A DNA stretch of 64,000 nucleotides from Mobula hypostoma (taxonomy: Eukaryota). A program made the position numbers and the translations under genes. Positions within the stretch are counted from its first letter, which is position 1. Each line of letters begins with the position of its first letter. Shown here in pieces: positions 51,101-63,527 of the stretch. The notes under the pieces are model-generated. The model was not told the origin of the DNA. It saw only the letters and a program-made list of their open reading frames with translations, and searched no databases. Location of the stretch: positions 248,622,001-248,686,000 of the forward strand of contig NC_086097.1 of assembly GCF_963921235.1 (NCBI RefSeq), read 5' to 3'.

Positions 51101-51189
51101 GGAGGGGAAGGGAAGCTTTAGGGTTTCAACATTTTCCTGTCACTCATTCTTCAGGAGTTTTCTTCTGTTTTTGTGGATGTCTGTGAAGA

Positions 51190-52085
51190 GACTGTACTTC
51201 ATCTGGAATTGGGAAATGAACCTGGTCAGGTGTCAGATCTCTCAGTGGGAGAGCATTTTGGAGATAGTGATCATAATTCTATCTCCTTTACAATAGTATT
51301 GGACAGAGATAGGAATGGACAAGTTAAAAAAGCATTTAATTGGAGTCAGGGGAATTATGAAGCTATCAGGCAGGAAATTGGAGGCTTAAATTGGAAACAG
51401 ATGTTCTCAGGGAAATGTACGGCAGAAATGTGGCAAATATTCAGGGAATATTTGTGTGGAGTTCTGCATAGGTACGTTCCAATGAGACAGGGAAAGGATG
51501 GTAGGGTACAGGATCAATGGTGCATAAAGGCTGTTGTAAATCCAGTCAAGAAGAAAAGAAAAGCTTATGAAAGGTTCAAAAAACTAGGTAATGATAGAGA
51601 TCTAGAAGATTATAAGGCTAGCAGGAAGGAGCCTAAGAATGAAATTAGGAGAGCCAGAAGGGGCCACGAGAAGGCCTTGGCAAACAGGATTAAGGAAAAT
51701 CCAAGACATTCTACAAGTATGTGAAGAGAAAGAGGATAAGTTGTGAGAGAATAGGACCAATCAAGTGTGACAGTGGAAAAGTGTGTATGGAACCGGAGGA
51801 GATAGCAGAGGTACTTAATGAATACTTTGCTTCAGTAATCACTACGGAAAAAGACCTTGGCAATTGTAGGGAAGACTTACAGCAGACTGAAAAGCTTGAG
51901 CATGTAGATACTAAGAAAGAGGATGTGTTGGAGCTTTTGGAAACCATCAAGTTGGATAAGTCACTGGAACCGGACGAGATGTACCCCAGGCTACTGTGGG
52001 AGGTGAGGGAGGAGATTGCTAAGCCTCTGACGATGATCTTTGCATCATCAATGGGGATGGGTGAGGTTCTGGAGGATTGGAGAGT
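51190..52085 (+). mobile_element. CR1 ORF2 internal fragment
   Basis: 'GEHFGDSDHNSISF...EIRRARRGHEKALANRIKENP' and 'EIAEVLNEYFASV...PDEMYPRLL'. Confidence 0.88.
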
Positions 52086-53047
52086 TTATTTATTTTATTT
52101 AAGAATGTTTATTTTATTTCAGCAGGAAACAGGCCCATCCGGCCCACTAAGCCACACTGCCCAGCAATCCCCCGATTTAACCCTCGCCTAATCACAGGAC
52201 AACTTACAGTGACCAATTAACCTACTAAGCGGTACGTCTTTGGGCTGTGGGGAAAATCAGAGCACTCGGAGAAATCCCACCTCACAGGGGAAGAACATGC
52301 AAACTTTATACAGAGGATGCCAGAATTGAACTCCAAACTCCAGTGCCCCGAGCTGTAATGGTGCAATGCTAACCTCTGCACTACCCCATACATATATGTA
52401 GGTTGGCATATCAACAGGAAGGACTGGGAATGTCCTCCAAATTGGAGATTAGTCAAATAATTCCTATGTTTTATATGTAGAATAACTAATATTGACCAGT
52501 GAAGTTATAGGATAGCATCCAATTATTCATCGGTTATAAGGTCCATAAGACCATAAGTATAGGAGAAGAATCAGGCCATTCGGCCCATCAAGTCTGTTCT
52601 GTCATTCCAGCATGTTTGATTTATTACCCCTCTCAGCCCTGTTCTCATGCCCTTTGCCCATAACTTTTGTGTCATGGTCCAGTCCGTGAAATCTGCATTC
52701 CAGTTCACGGTCCGGTCTGTTGATTCCTTATTCCAGGTTTTCCTGTTTTCCATTGTTCCATTGGGTGCCTTAATTGAGGCACCTGATTCTCATTTTGGGC
52801 TGGAACATAAATAACTCTCAAACCAAGGATTCCTGGCTTGGGATACAGAGAGAGATGATGAGAAATAAATTAAGGGAGTTGGGGATGCAGGAATTCACAT
52901 TAAAAGGGTTGCTGGGCATGGGTGAGAGAGCACAAGTCCGGGTATTTTTAGCGTTTTTAAGGGGTACAGGGGTTTTTTATAGAATATGACAAATAAACAG
53001 GAATAGGATACTAGGATGGTCAAAGATGGGAGGGTGAAGTGTTGGTT

Positions 53048-53049
<2 letters not shown>

Positions 53050-53089
<40 letters not shown>

Positions 53090-53140
53090 CGTGCGTATGC
53101 GTGTGCGTGTGCGTGTGCGTGTGTGCGCATGCGCGCGCGA
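53050..53140. repeat. Compound (TA)n/(TG)n/(CG)n microsatellite
   Basis: Direct reading. Confidence 0.9.
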
Positions 53141-53469
53141 TTGGGCGAAGGGATTTAGAATGTATGCCTAGTGCACATTCTGGAGCAGAGGGTGGTGGTA
53201 ATGCACCATTAAGCTGGATGCCAACCGCCGTAAAACAAGATACAGACAGATAGGATTGCTGGCTGGACTGTTCCCTTCCCCTTCCTTCTGAAGCCTTGCC
53301 TGCATCCCCGTCAATTTCAACTGCTGGAGTGAGACCGGAGCCTTGCCACGCCAAGATAAGGAACTATCTATTGTTGAGTTTGGAACTGTCTCTTTGTGTC
53401 CCTGTGTTTAGTGTTTGCGTCAAAGAAGAGTCCTGGTCCTAGGTCCTGTTCCCAAGGAGGGATCCTGAC

Positions 53470-53935
53470 TCAGAATATGACCCATCTGCAATCACTCTTT
53501 GCCTTCTGTGAGCAAGCCAGTTCTGGATCCACAAAGCAAGGTCCCCTTGGATCCCATGCCTCCCTATTTTCTTAATAAGCCTTGCGTGGGGAACCTTGTC
53601 AAATGCCTTGCTGAAATCCATATACACCACATCTACGGCTCTACCTTCATCAATGTGTTTAGTCACATCCTCAAAAAATTAAATCAGGCTCGTAAGGCAC
53701 GACCTGCCTTTGACAAAGCCATGCTGACTATTCCTAATCATATTACACCTCTCCAAATGTTCATAAATCCTACCTCTCAGGATCTTTTCCATCAACTTAC
53801 CAACCACTGAGGTAAGATTCACTGGTCTATAATTTCCTGGGCTATCTCTACTCCCTTTCTTGAATAATGGAACAACATCTGCAACCCTTCAATCCTCTGG
53901 AACCTCTCCTGTTTCCATTGACGATGCAAAGATCA
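53470..53935 (-). mobile_element. CR1 RT fragment
   Basis: 'DEGRAVDVVYMDFSKAFDKVPHARL...WIQNWLAHRRQRV'. Confidence 0.9.
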
Positions 53936-54784
53936 ACTTTTTGGAGAGAAGGCAGGAGAATGGGGTTGAGAGGGTTAATGGCCAGGACTTTTGGGTCTTG
54001 GGCATGTTTAATCGATGTGGTTTGTGGATTGGACTTTACAGCTTTGAGAAACACTTTATGATGTGGTTCTGGTTTCTGGTCGCTCCTTTTTTCTTTTAGT
54101 TTTGGGAAATTCTGAATCAGGGCAGCCAGCAGAAAATGAACTCTGAGCTGAACTGAGCTTGCCTGGACTCCTTTGATTTTGCGTTTTATATTCTGTGTCT
54201 TTCACGCATTTTCTTTCTTTGCTACAATGTGCATGGGTTGCTATGTGTGTGGGGAGGAGTTTGATGTTTTTCTTTGAATGCGTTCCATGGTTTTCTTTGT
54301 TTCCTGGCTGTCTGTGAGCAAGACAAATCTTAGGGTTGTATACTGCTTACCTACTTTGATAATAAATGTACTTTGAATGTTTGAACTTTTGAATCTACCA
54401 TGGGACAGATTCGATGGGTCAAATGGCCTAATTCTGCTCCCATGTCTGATAATCTTAAGGCAATCAAGATAGGTTTGTTTACTTAATAATCATGTAACAC
54501 AAGAAACACTTTTAATCTTGATCATAGCAGATTTTTACACTGATGTAACATAAATATCATTCCTTCATGCTCATTTCCTGCTTTACGTAATTTTCAACAC
54601 AAGAAACTATTACACCAATTTAGGAACGATTAACTCAGAGCCCGACTTTAGTAAATTTCATAGCTGTGCCAAGTCAAACTCAGCAGTAAAACTGACTGAA
54701 GTCATGGCGTCAACTGTGTCCACATAAATATGAATATTCGCTTCAATTAGCAATTAACTGCCAAGGGCTGGAAGCCCGGAGGGC

Positions 54785-54788
54785 TGTG

Positions 54789-54828
<40 letters not shown>

Positions 54829-54921
54829 TGTGTGTGTGTGTGAGTGTGTGTGTGTGAGTGTGTGTGTGTGAGTGTGTGTGTGTGGGTGTGTGTGTGAGTG
54901 TGTGTGTGTGTGTGTGTGTGG
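54785..54921. repeat. (TG)n microsatellite
   Basis: Direct reading. Confidence 0.95.
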
Positions 54922-54999
54922 TGGAGGCAGGAGAATATGTACAGGGGCTTGTTTTGTTTTGCTGTAGTTGTTGTTACTTGTGTTCTTCTGCTGAGCATA

Positions 55000-55170
55000 G
55001 TTACTAACTTACTGCCTGTTACACTGCTGGCATGTAGGGTAGCAATGAAGGTCTTCCATCTCTGTCTACTCTTGGCCATTTTCTCTATTGTGACCCGGAT
55101 GTGGTTCAGGGTCCTCATTTCTGCTTCCACGTACGGTGCCAAGTTGTCTTTGATCTCCCGTATTTCCTTC
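55000..55170 (-). mobile_element. RTE LINE 3' terminus
   Basis: 'VEAEMRTLNH..TIEKMAKSRQRWKTFIATL'. Confidence 0.65.
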
Positions 55171-55179
55171 CTTCAAGGG

Positions 55180-55515
55180 TTCAGATGTGGAGAGGATGTT
55201 TCCTGTGGTGGGAGAGGCTAAGACCAGAGGACACAGCCTCAGAATACAGGGGCGTCTTTCAAGAACGGAGATGAGGAGGAATTTCTTTAGCCAGAGAGTG
55301 GTGAGTCTGCGCAATTCTTTGCCACAGGCAGCTGTAGAGACCAAGTCTTTATATATATTTAAGGCAGAGGTTCATAGAGTCTTGATTGGTCAGGACATGA
55401 AGGGATATGGGGAGAAGGCAGGAGACTGGGGCTGAGAGGGAAAGTGGATCAGCCATGATGAAATGGCGGAGCAATGGCCTTATTCCGCTCCTATATCTTA
55501 TGGTCTTGTGGTCTC
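55180..55515 (+). mobile_element. CR1 3' end
   Basis: 'ERMFPVVGEAKTRGHSLRI...FFSQRVVSL'; tcttatgg-type tail. Confidence 0.85.
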
Positions 55516-57120
55516 ATGGTCCGCTGCAGTGCTTTCTTGATGGCGGTGTTGGCCTCTCTCCTAATCACATCCGGTGCAATCCGAGGTATATTACGATCGA
55601 GAAACGTGTTTGCAGACTGGATATTGAACTTTTTACTGTTGGACTTCGGCCACATTCCACCATGATACAACACTTGGCGGCACGGGAGGTCGTTCCTGCC
55701 TGTGGCCATCGAACGTGCAGCTCCTCCCGTGGAGGGTCAGACACCCTGAGCCAATAGACTGGTCCTGGACTTATTTCCATCTGGCATAGTTTGTATTTTG
55801 GTGTTTGACTGTTGGGGTTTTTCGTATTGCTATATTTACGCTCTATTCTTGGTTGGTGTGGCTGTATCGAAACCAAATTTCCCTCGGGATTAATAAAGTA
55901 TATCTATCTATCTATCACAGACCCAACCCATCACAAGCGTTTCTACAGGATGATTGTGGCCACGTCCTCTTGTCGACAGTCCAGATGCACATAGCGGGCA
56001 TGTGTTGTTGGTGCCAGAATGTGCGGCGACATTTGCCGGCTGCCCCCAGCTTGTGTTGGTGTTTAACGTAAATGATTCATTTCACTGTATGTTTCAATGC
56101 ACCTGTGATAAATAAATCTGAATCTGAATTTTAATTATCATGATTGACACTCCAGAATTGTGGTTTAGTTTCTGGAAAAGCTAAGCTGGTCAAAAGGAAA
56201 TGGATGGTTGGCATTTTGTGTCAAGACCCTCCGTTGGGGCGGGGAAGGGTGGTAAGATGTTGAATCCTGGTGGGTTGAGTTAAGAAACTGCAAGGGTACA
56301 AGGACCCTGATGGCAGTTATATACAGGCCTCCCAACAGTGGCTGTGATGTGGACCACAGATTACAACAGAAAATAGAAAAGGCTGGTCAAAAGGACAATG
56401 TTATGATAATCATGGGAGATTTCAACATGTAGGTTGTTTGGGAAAATCAAGTTGGTAATGGATCTCAAGAGAGTGAGTTTGTTGAATGCCTAAGAGATGG
56501 CTTTTTTTGAGCAGTTTGTCATTGAGCCTACGAGGGGATCAGCTGTACTGGATTGGGTGTTGTGTAATGAACCAGAGGCATTTAGGGAGCTAAAGGTAAA
56601 AGAACCCTTAGGAACCAGTGATCACAATATGATTGTATTCAACATGAAATTTGATAGGAAGAAAGTAAAGTCTGATGTAGCAATATTTCAGTGCAGTAAA
56701 GCAAATTACCGTGGTATGAGAGAGGAGTTGGCCAAAGTAAATTGGAAGGTGCTGCTGGCAGGGATGTCAGCAGAGCAGAAATGGGAAAAATGAGGAAGGT
56801 GCAGGACATGTGTATTCCAAAAATGAAGAATCACTCAAATAGCAAAATAGTACAACTGTGGCAGACAAGAGAAGTCAAAGCTAATGTAAAAACAAAAATG
56901 GGAAGATAGAAGACTGGGAAGTTTTTAAAAGGCTACAGAGAGCAACTGAAAGAATCATTAAAAGGGAAAAGATGAAATGTGAAAGCAAGTTAGCAAATAA
57001 TATCAAAGTGGATAGTAAAATGCAAACAACAGGCATTCTGCAGATGCTGGAAATTCAAGCAACACACATCAAAGTTGCTGGTGAACGCAGCAGACCAGGC
57101 AGCATCTCTAGGAAGAGGTG

Positions 57121-57158
57121 CAGTCGACGTTTCAGGCCGAGACCCTTCATCAGGACTA
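57121..57158 (-). ncRNA. Minimal type I hammerhead ribozyme motif, intact core
   Basis: Minus strand reads tagtc-CTGATGA-agggtctcggcct-GAAACGTC-gactg; predicted cut between 57126 and 57125. Confidence 0.75.
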
Positions 57159-57716
57159 ACTAAAGGAAGAGTGAGTAAGAGATTGGAAAGTGGGAGGGGG
57201 AGGGGGAGATACAAAATGATAGAAGAAGACAGGAGGGGGAGGGATCTCCCAGCGGCCACATATTTTAATTCCACATCCCATTCCCATTCTGACATGTCTA
57301 TCCACGGCCTCCTCTACTGTAAAGATGAAGCCACACTCAGGTTGGAGGAACAACACCTTATATTCCGTCTGGGTAGCCTCCTACCTGATGGCATGAACAT
57401 TGACTTCTCTAACTTTCACTAATGCCCCACCTCCCCCTCGTACCGCATCCGTTATTTATTTATTTTTATACACACATTCTTTCTCTCACTCTCCTTTTTC
57501 TCCCTCTGTCCCTCTGACTATACCCCTTGCCCATCCTCTGGGTCCCCCCCCTTATCTTTCTCCCTGGGCCTCCTGTCCCATGATCCTCTCGTATCCCTTT
57601 TGCCAATCACCTGTCCAGCTCTCGGCTCCATCTCTCCCCCTCCTGTCTTCTCCTATCATTTTGGATCTCCCCCTCCCCCTCCCACTTTCCAATCTCTTAC
57701 TAACTCTTCCTTCAGT

Positions 57717-57754
57717 TAGTCCTGACGAAGGGTCTCGGCCTGAAACGTCGACTG
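57717..57754 (+). ncRNA. Minimal type I hammerhead ribozyme motif, intact core
   Basis: tagtc-CTGACGA-agggtctcggcct-GAAACGTC-gactg; helix I tagtc/gactg, helix II agg/cct, helix III ACGU palindrome; predicted cut after C57749. Confidence 0.75.
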
Positions 57755-60609
57755 TACCTCTTCCTAGAGATGCTGCCTGGCCTGCTGCGTTCACCAGCAA
57801 CTTTGATGTGTGTTGCTCAAATTGGATAGTAAAGTTTTTTCAAGTATGTAAAAAATAAGAGATGAGAGTGCATATAGGACCACTAGAAAATGAGGCAGGA
57901 GAAATAATAACAGAGGACAAGGAGATGGCAGATGAACTGAATGAATATTTTGCATCAGTTTTCACTGTGGAAGACACTAGCAGTATGCCTGATGTTGTAG
58001 TGTGTGAAGGAAGAGAAGTGGGTGCAGTTACTATTACAAGGGAGAAGGTGCTCAAAAAGCGAAAGACCTAAGGGTACATGAGTCACCTGGACCAGATGAA
58101 CTGCACCCTAGGGTTCTAAAAGAGGTAGTGTTAGAGATAGTGGTGGCATTAGAAATGATCTTCCAAAAATCATTGGACTCTGGCATAGTTCCAGAGAACT
58201 GGAAAATTGCAAATGTTACTCCACTCTTTAAGAAAGGAGGAAGGCAGCAGAAAGGAAATTATAGACTAGTTAGCCTGATCTCAGTGGTTGGGAAGATGTT
58301 GGAGTCAATTGTTAAAGATGAGGTGATGGAGTACTTGGTGACACAGGACAGAAGAGTACAAAGTCAGCATGGTTTCCTTAAGGGAAAATCTTGTCTGACG
58401 AACTTGTTGGAATTCTTTGAGGAGATTACAAGTAGGGTAGATAAAGGGGATGCAGTGGATGTTGTATATTTGGACTTTCAGAAGATCTTTGACAAGGTGC
58501 CACACATGAGACTGCTTACCAAGTTAAGAGCCCTTGGTATTACAGGAAAGTTACTAACATGGTTAGAACATTGGCTGATTGGTAGGAGGCAGTGAGTGGG
58601 AATAAAAGGATCGTTGTCTGGTTGGCTGCCAGTGACTAGCGGTGTTCCGCAGGGGTAGGTTTTGGGACCACTTCTTTTTATACTGTATATAAATGATTTA
58701 GATGACAGAATAGATGGCTTTGTTGCCAAGTTTGCAAATGATACGAAGATTGGTAGAGGGGTAGGTAGTGTTGAGGAAACAGGTAGCATGCAGAAGGACT
58801 TAGATTAAGAGAACGGGCAAGAAACTGGCAAATGAATTGTAATGTTGGAAAATGCATGGTCATGCACTTTGGTAGTTGAAATAAATGTGCAGACTATTCT
58901 CTAAATGGGGAGAAAATCCAGAAATCTGAGATGCAGAGGGACTTGGGAGTCCTTGTGCAGAACACCCTAAAGGTTAACTTGCAGGTTGAATCAGTGGTGA
59001 GGAAGGCAAATACCATGTTAGCATTCATTTCAAGAGGTCTAGAATATAAAAGCAGTGGTGTGATGCTGAGGCTTTGTAAGACACTGGTGAGGTCTCACCT
59101 TGTGTATTGTGTACAGTTTTGGGCTCTTCATCTTCGAAGATATGAGCTGGCATTGGAGAGGGTTCAGAGGAGGTTCACAAGGATGATTCCAGGAATGAAA
59201 GGGTTATCATACGAGGAATGTTTGATGGCTCTGGGCCTGTACTCGCTGGAATTTAGAAGGATAAGGGGGGATCTCATTGAAACCTTTTGAATGTCGAAAG
59301 GCCTAGACGGAGTAGATGTGGAAAGGATGTTTCCCATGGTGGGAGAGTCTAGGACAAGAGGGCACAGCCTCAAGATAGAGAAGCGTCCATTCAAAACAGA
59401 GATGCGGAGAAATTTCTTTAGCCAAAGGATGGTGAACTTGTGGAATTTGTTGCCACATGCAGCTGTGGAGGTCAGGTCCTTGGGTGTATTTAGGACAGAG
59501 ATTGATAGGTTTTTGATTGGACATGGCATCAAAGGTTATGGGGAGAAGGCCAGGAAATGGGATTGAGGAAGAGAAATAAAAGGATCAGCCATGATTGAAT
59601 GGTGGAGCTAAATGGCCTAAATCTGCTCCTATGTCTTACAGTCTTATGGTCTTAAATCTTTCCCTGCTCACCCTGAACCTACAAACCCTCATTTTGGACT
59701 CCTCTACCCTATGGAAAAGACTGTTACCAATATCAATGCTCCTCATAATATTAAACATTTTTATAAGGTCACTCCGCATTCTCCTACATTCCAAAGTATA
59801 AAGATTTAGACTGGCCAACCTCTCCCTGTACCTCAAGCCCCCTCGTTCTGGCAACATCCTTCTAAATCCTTTTGAACACTTTCCAATTTAACCATGGCTT
59901 TCCTAGAGTGACTGAAACCGTACACAACCTCACCAATAACTAACACAACTGCAAGATAATGTCCCAACTCCTGTACTCACTACCCTCAATGAAGGCCAGT
60001 ATGCTCATCGCCTTTTTCACCACAATCTCTCGCAGGTTCGATTTCTCCTGGAAGACAAACCTTGCAAAGAATAGTTGAATGGTGAATCCAATAGACCTTA
60101 CAAATCCTAAATGGCTTCATATTGCACTGGCAAATGAAACGATAATTGAAATGCTGAAATCAAGATCCTCTGCCTTTCCTCAGCCATCTAATTGCTGCTT
60201 TAGGATGTAGAGGCCACAGGGAAGATTTGAAGTACAGCTCCTTTGAGTCGGCACCCACAGCTGCACTAGCGTGTCAGAGTATTTTCTTTCTTCTGAACCC
60301 CCCCATCCCCAAATAGTCCAGCACGCTGTATGTTCCAGCAGCTTACAAAGGCCGTGCCTCGTGCTTTGAGGGCAGATTTCAGCATCGTTTGGCTCAAGCA
60401 CAGTAACTCATTTAGTAATGTCATAAGAAAGCTGAAGTTGGATCTGTGTTCAAATATGAAAAATGATTTTGGTTTAAGGATCTGCTCAGAACGAACATCT
60501 TTATCATGCCACATTCCTTCTTCCTTTGTCACGCCCCTTGTGATTTACTCCCCTCTGTTTTCCTGCCTCCCTCTACCAATCCTTCTTACTGTTTTGGCCT
60601 CTTCACCTC

Positions 60610-60612
60610 TCA

Positions 60613-60646
<34 letters not shown>

Positions 60647-60975
60647 AAGTTTTCCGTATCAGTCTTTCGTTCTGCTCTCTCCCCCTTTCTGTTGCTTCTC
60701 TCATTGTCTCCTTCACTCTTTCTTTTCCATTTTCTCTATCTGCCTCTCTCTCCATATCCACATCTATGTACCTCTCTGCCTCTCTCTCGTTCTCTCTCTG
60801 CTTCTTTCCCCTTTGCCATCTTTCTCGCTTCTCTCTCTTTTTTCTTCCTCTTTCCCACTCTCTCTCTCTGTCTCCCATCTTTCTTTCCTCTCTCTCTCTC
60901 TCTCTCTCTTTTCCCCTGTCTCTGCCATCGCTTTCTCTAGTCTTGTTTGTAATTTCTTTTCTGTGAATTCTTCCC
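60610..60975. repeat. (CT)-rich polypyrimidine low-complexity tract
   Basis: Direct reading. Confidence 0.9.
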
Positions 60976-62909
60976 TCATTCCAGTTTATTTCACTTGCCT
61001 TTCTGGCTGTTAATGTTTTCCTCACCATCTGTTTGTTCCTTTTTTCCTGTCTCATTGAAGCATCTTTGTTCGCTGTTGACGCAGTGACGGTTAATGAGGT
61101 CCTGAGGACGTTTAATGTGATGAAGTATGTGGGCTGTCTAGGGAGGGGCATCACCTGTGGTGAGGGGGCTCGTTGTGTCCATTCTGGGGCAGCTCACTCA
61201 CCCACTAGACACTCAGCTCTCACCGGTGGCTCCGGGTAGCGCTTTGCACACCACAATGGCCACATCACTTCGACAGGCTGGCGGGCCTTATACCCCGGTA
61301 AGAGAGGGACACGCCTGTCCTAGCAGGCGCAGTCAAACTCCGACGGACTGGGCGAAAGAGACTTGCAGTGAGATTCAATGGCCAGGAAGGCGGTACTGCA
61401 AAGCTCCACGGAGGACAAAGGGCATGACAAGACACAGAGTAAGTCACGGTCAGCCACTGCAACCAAGGAGGACTTCTGCTTGTGATGCTGGTCTGTACCA
61501 CTGGACCTGGGCCTCTGAGGTGCAGAGAGTGGAACTGTCCCGGTGCAGTGGCTTTCCCACACTAAAAAAGACTTACTGCACAGGTTTCCCGTCACTGGCG
61601 GACACGGCAGACAACCACCACCAATATAAAAGTTGACGAGATCAGCGTTATTTAAAGAGATTAGCCTCACTGGTCACATGTGCATAAAAACATATGATGA
61701 ACCACGTTGTTTGAATCAAACCAGATCAGCGAAAAAATGTGCCCTACTTCTCACTGCCTCTGTAAAGCAGCCAGCATAATCAAAGACCTCATTCACCCAG
61801 ACATTCTCTCCTCTCCCCTCCCCCAGCAGGCAGAAGATACGAAGGCCTGAACACACATACCACCAGGCTCGGGAACAGCAGTGTTACACAGTACTGGGCA
61901 AAAGTGTTAGACACATATACTGTATATAGATACACTTCTACATAATATTGTAGTAATTTTATGTATTGCACTGTCCTGCTGCCACAAGATAACAAATGTC
62001 ATGACATATGTGAGTGATGATAAACCTGATTCTGATCTGGGTCTCTATTGTGGACTGAGAGTGGGAAGGGGTCAGGGAGAGGGGAATCATGGTTGGGAAA
62101 AGGGGAAGGGAGGGAGGAGGGAGCGGGAAGCACCAGAGAGACATTCTGTAATGATCAATAAACCAATTGTTTGGAATCAAATGACCTTGCCTGGTGTCTC
62201 AGGGCTGGGTGTGTCTGGACTGGTGGCATCACCCCCCCCCACATTCCTCTGGCACGCCCTCTCTGCCCCACACCCCTCCGCCCTCACCATTCCCAACGTC
62301 CTTTGCTCCCCTCAGGTTTACGAACTCGCTCTCCGCTCCACGATGACAAATACAATGTAAGGAGTTGGATGTGCTCAGGATTATCCAGAGCCTGAAGATA
62401 TTACAGGTGAGACTTTTGAAGAAGTGGCCACACCCAGAGTACAGGCTTCAGATAGTAGATGGGTGACCACCAGGAAAGGTAAGGGGATTGAGCAGCTTTC
62501 CCCTGTGGCCATTCCCTTCAGCAACAAGTATAACCCTTTGGATACTGCTGGGGGAGGGGCTATCGGAGCTTGGCAGTAGCAGCCTAGCTGGTGGCACTGT
62601 GCCCAGCTCTGAGGTTCAACAGGGAAGACTAAAGTCAGGCAGTGCGGTAGTTATATGGGACTCAGTAGTTATGGGAACAGAAAGGAGACTCTGTGGCTGC
62701 AAAATAGACACCAGGATGATGTGTTGCCTCCCGGGTGCTGGGTCCATGATGTATTAGAGTGGTTGTGGGAGATTCTCAAGGTGGAGAGGGGAGCGACTGG
62801 AGGTCGTGGTGCATATTGGCACCAATGGCATGGGCAGAAAAGGGGAAGAGGTCCTACCCAGTGAGTACACAGACTTGGGACAGGGGCTGAAGAGGTAGTA
62901 ATCTCGATT

Positions 62910-63527
62910 CACAACACGCTGGAGGAACTCAGCAGGTCGGGCAGCATCCGTGGAAAAGATCGGTTGACGTTTCGGTCCGGAACCCTTCGTCAGGACTGTA
63001 GAGGGAAGGGGCAGAGGCACTATAAAGAAGGTGGGGGGAGGGTGGGAAGGAGAAGGCTGGTAGGTTCCAGGTGAAAAACCAGTAAGGGGAAAGATAAAGG
63101 GGTGGGGAAGGGGAAACAGGGAGGTGATAGGCAGGAAAGGTGAAGGAGGAATAGGGGAAAACACAATGGGTAGTAGAGAGAGGCGGAACCATGAGGGAGG
63201 TGATAGGCAGCTGGGGGAGGGGGGCAGAGTGACATAGGGATAGGGGAAGGGAGGGGGAGGGAATTATCGGAAGTTGGAGAATTCTATGTTCATACCAAGG
63301 GGCTGGAGACTACCTAGACGGTATATGAGGTGTTGCTCCTCCAGCCTGAGTTTAGTCTCATCATGGCAGTAGAGGAGGCCATGTATGGACATATCTGAAT
63401 GGGAATGGGAAGCAGAGTTGAAGTGGGTGGCTACTGATCGTTTCCACGGATGCTGCCCGACCTGCTGAGTTCCTCCAGCGTGTTGTGAGTGTTGCTTTGA
63501 CCCCAGCATCTGCAGAGTATTTTGTGT
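62910..63527 (-). mobile_element. PLE of a second subfamily, with inverted end and 14-bp TSD
   Basis: TAGTAATCTCGATT at 62896-62909 and 63528-63541; 'HDETKLRLEEQHLIYRLGSLQP'; 63436-63490 is an inverted copy of 62910-62962. Confidence 0.88.
62961..62998 (-). ncRNA. Minimal hammerhead ribozyme motif, variant subfamily
   Basis: Minus strand reads cagtc-CTGACGA-agggttccggacc-GAAACGTC-aaccg; helix I imperfect. Confidence 0.5.

Larger units (their letters stand above)
57020..57816. mobile_element. Penelope-like element with inverted terminal segment, TSD-flanked
   Basis: TGGATAGTAAA at 57009-57019 and 57823-57833 (extends to 16/17 as tcaaaKtggatagtaaa); 57020-57243 is an inverted copy of the 3' arm; GIY-YIG C-terminal remnant at 57243-57420. 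Confidence 0.9.
56270..59652 (+). mobile_element. Long CR1 LINE ORF2 remnant (APE to RT to 3' UTR), pseudogenised
   Basis: 'YRPPNS', 'GDFN', 'SDHNMI', 'NWKIANVTPLFKKG', 'QHGFLKGKSCLTNL', 'YLDFQKIFDKVPH', SGVPQG, FANDTK (for FADD); many stops; gtcttatgg tail. Confidence 0.92.

Noticed and set aside
56270..59652. Intact autonomous CR1
   Set aside because: Multiple stops and frameshifts, FADD changed to FAND, no ORF1 upstream, and a PLE insertion within ORF2.
60330..61154. 227-aa hydrophobic and 169-aa Arg/Glu-rich ORFs
   Set aside because: Translations of a (CT)n/(AG)n low-complexity tract.
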